DNA of 63,785 bases, the filler included, from Octopus bimaculoides (lineage: Eukaryota): NCBI RefSeq assembly GCF_001194135.2. It is 6 parts of 6 records of this genome, joined end to end, with 100 filler letters (N's around TTAATTAATTAA, not from the genome) between each part and the next. Parts side by side here need not be neighbours in the genome. Positions count along the whole stretch, not along the records: positions 62,526 to 63,785 come from NW_026307925.1; 5 more parts are not named here. One strand, written 5' to 3'. Below are positions 62,426 through 63,785 of this stretch, one piece after another; positions within the stretch are counted from its first letter, which is position 1, and each line of letters opens with the position of its first letter. The position numbers and the translations under genes were made by a program. Under the pieces are notes generated by a model, which saw only the letters and a list, made by a program, of their open reading frames with translations, searched no databases and was not told where the DNA came from.

Positions 62426-62525
62426 NNNNNNNNNNNNNNNNNNNNNNNNNNNNNNNNNNNNNNNNNNNNTTAATTAATTAANNNNNNNNNNNNNNNNNNN
62501 NNNNNNNNNNNNNNNNNNNNNNNNN
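62426..62525. other. Assembly spacer N44-TTAATTAATTAA-N44
   Basis: Identical to the other spacers. Confidence 0.97.
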
Positions 62526-63320
62526 TGTATAATAATGTAAATAATCAATTAAGGCAGTATACAAAAACAATGAAGCGGTATTAATTTAAAATGCTATGGT
62601 AAAGTACATTTAGGCTTATTTACACCAATATAAAGGACCCATAGATAAGATGTGAAATTCAAATTTTTATATATATTGGACTAAAATTTAAAAATTAAAC
62701 TTATATATCTAATATGATTAAAAGGACACATAAGAGATAAATTTATTATACAGTTAATATAATGAATTGATACATTAGATTTACATGGTATATAATGATG
62801 GACTCATCAAGGTTTAAGAAACTGATAAAATGAACGACTGGAATTAACATAGAATATAATGGTGAACTAAACTATTAATAAAGAACATGATGATTATGTA
62901 CTAATTTAATTAGATTGCACTATCTTAAATTATCAGGAACTGGTATTAACTAACATAGGCCAAGTATAAAATAATAATGGAACAAGGATTAGCTTTATTT
63001 AAGTCACCCATAAAATAACAATGTCAACACTACAACAAAAATGGAATAACATGAATCATTTAGGGTCAGGCATCAAATAAAATTTAAAAAGGTTTAAAAA
63101 CTTTTTAAAAAGCTATTAAAAAGTTTCAAACATCTCATTCATTAAAGTTAAGTAAAATATACACTAAACTAACAGCAATAGCAAATGTGATATGGAAAAA
63201 AATTATGTAAAACCATATACCATCAATGGATAAAGTTAAAATTTTAGTTTTCACAGGAAGATTATACACTAAGGTGAGAGATCAAAAATTTGCTATAAAA
63301 GTTAAATTTCAATTTAAATA

Positions 63321-63785
63321 TGTAATTTAGGAATCACAATAAATAAGAATTAAAGAAATTATTTAATATATCCAATATCTAAAACTGAAAATATTCAAAT
63401 TTGCTTATCTCTATAGTAACTACAATCCAGTCTAGACTAAAGGAAAGTTTATGTTATAGCTTGTATTTTTAAGGATGAAATGAAGATACCCATATTTGTA
63501 TGTTATAAGGATGGATTAATAGGGGTGCCAAAAAATAGGTATGTCTGGATGTAATTGTGAGGTATAAAATAGTCATGTAGGGTAGAAAAAACACGTGATG
63601 GAAAGGAAAAGGGTATACATTAGTCAAATCTCTAACATCAAGATGAAGTTAATGTGTGATTTAGTAATAACAATAAATAAGAATTATAGAAAGTATTTAA
63701 TATATCCAATGTCTAAAACTAAACTTGTTTAAAACTTACTTAATTAGCTTATCTCTATAGTAGCTACAATCCAATCTAGACTAAA
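63321..63785. repeat. Imperfect direct repeat, period ~335-345 bp
   Basis: caataaataagaatt...tatttaatatatccaat.tctaaaact...gcttatctctatagta.ctacaatcca.tctagactaaa occurs at 63321-63441 and 63656-63785. Confidence 0.88.

Overview
AT-rich, microsatellite- and retroelement-dense animal genomic DNA from a gappy draft assembly. It is most likely an octopus (inference from the SINE families, 84-bp C2H2 arrays, and R4/RTE/Penelope content). Five identical 100-bp spacers (N44-TTAATTAATTAA-N44) show the window is six separately assembled pieces (1-21898, 21999-50505, 50606-53558, 53659-55637, 55738-62425, 62526-63785), so neighbourhood across spacers is not evidence of linkage. Host gene pieces found: one 129-bp exon of an ether-a-go-go (Kv10/KCNH1-5-like) K+ channel PAS region; two terminal exons of a receptor-like protein whose tail carries five YxxPhi motifs including an ITAM-spaced pair; three tandem 72-bp LRR exons; and a decayed array of about 11 C2H2 zinc fingers. 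Mobile DNA includes R4/Dong-like, RTE-like, Penelope-like and Tx1/L1-like retroelement remnants, mariner and Merlin-like remnants, and three tRNA-headed SINE families. The most unusual structures are a tRNA-like cassette that fills the loop of a 100-bp inverted repeat, minimal hammerhead-ribozyme folds (one downstream of a tRNA-like head in a Penelope 3' end), a two-left-end foldback mariner, and several long palindromes. No prokaryotic features or CRISPR arrays were seen. All family names come from motif recognition; no database search was run.
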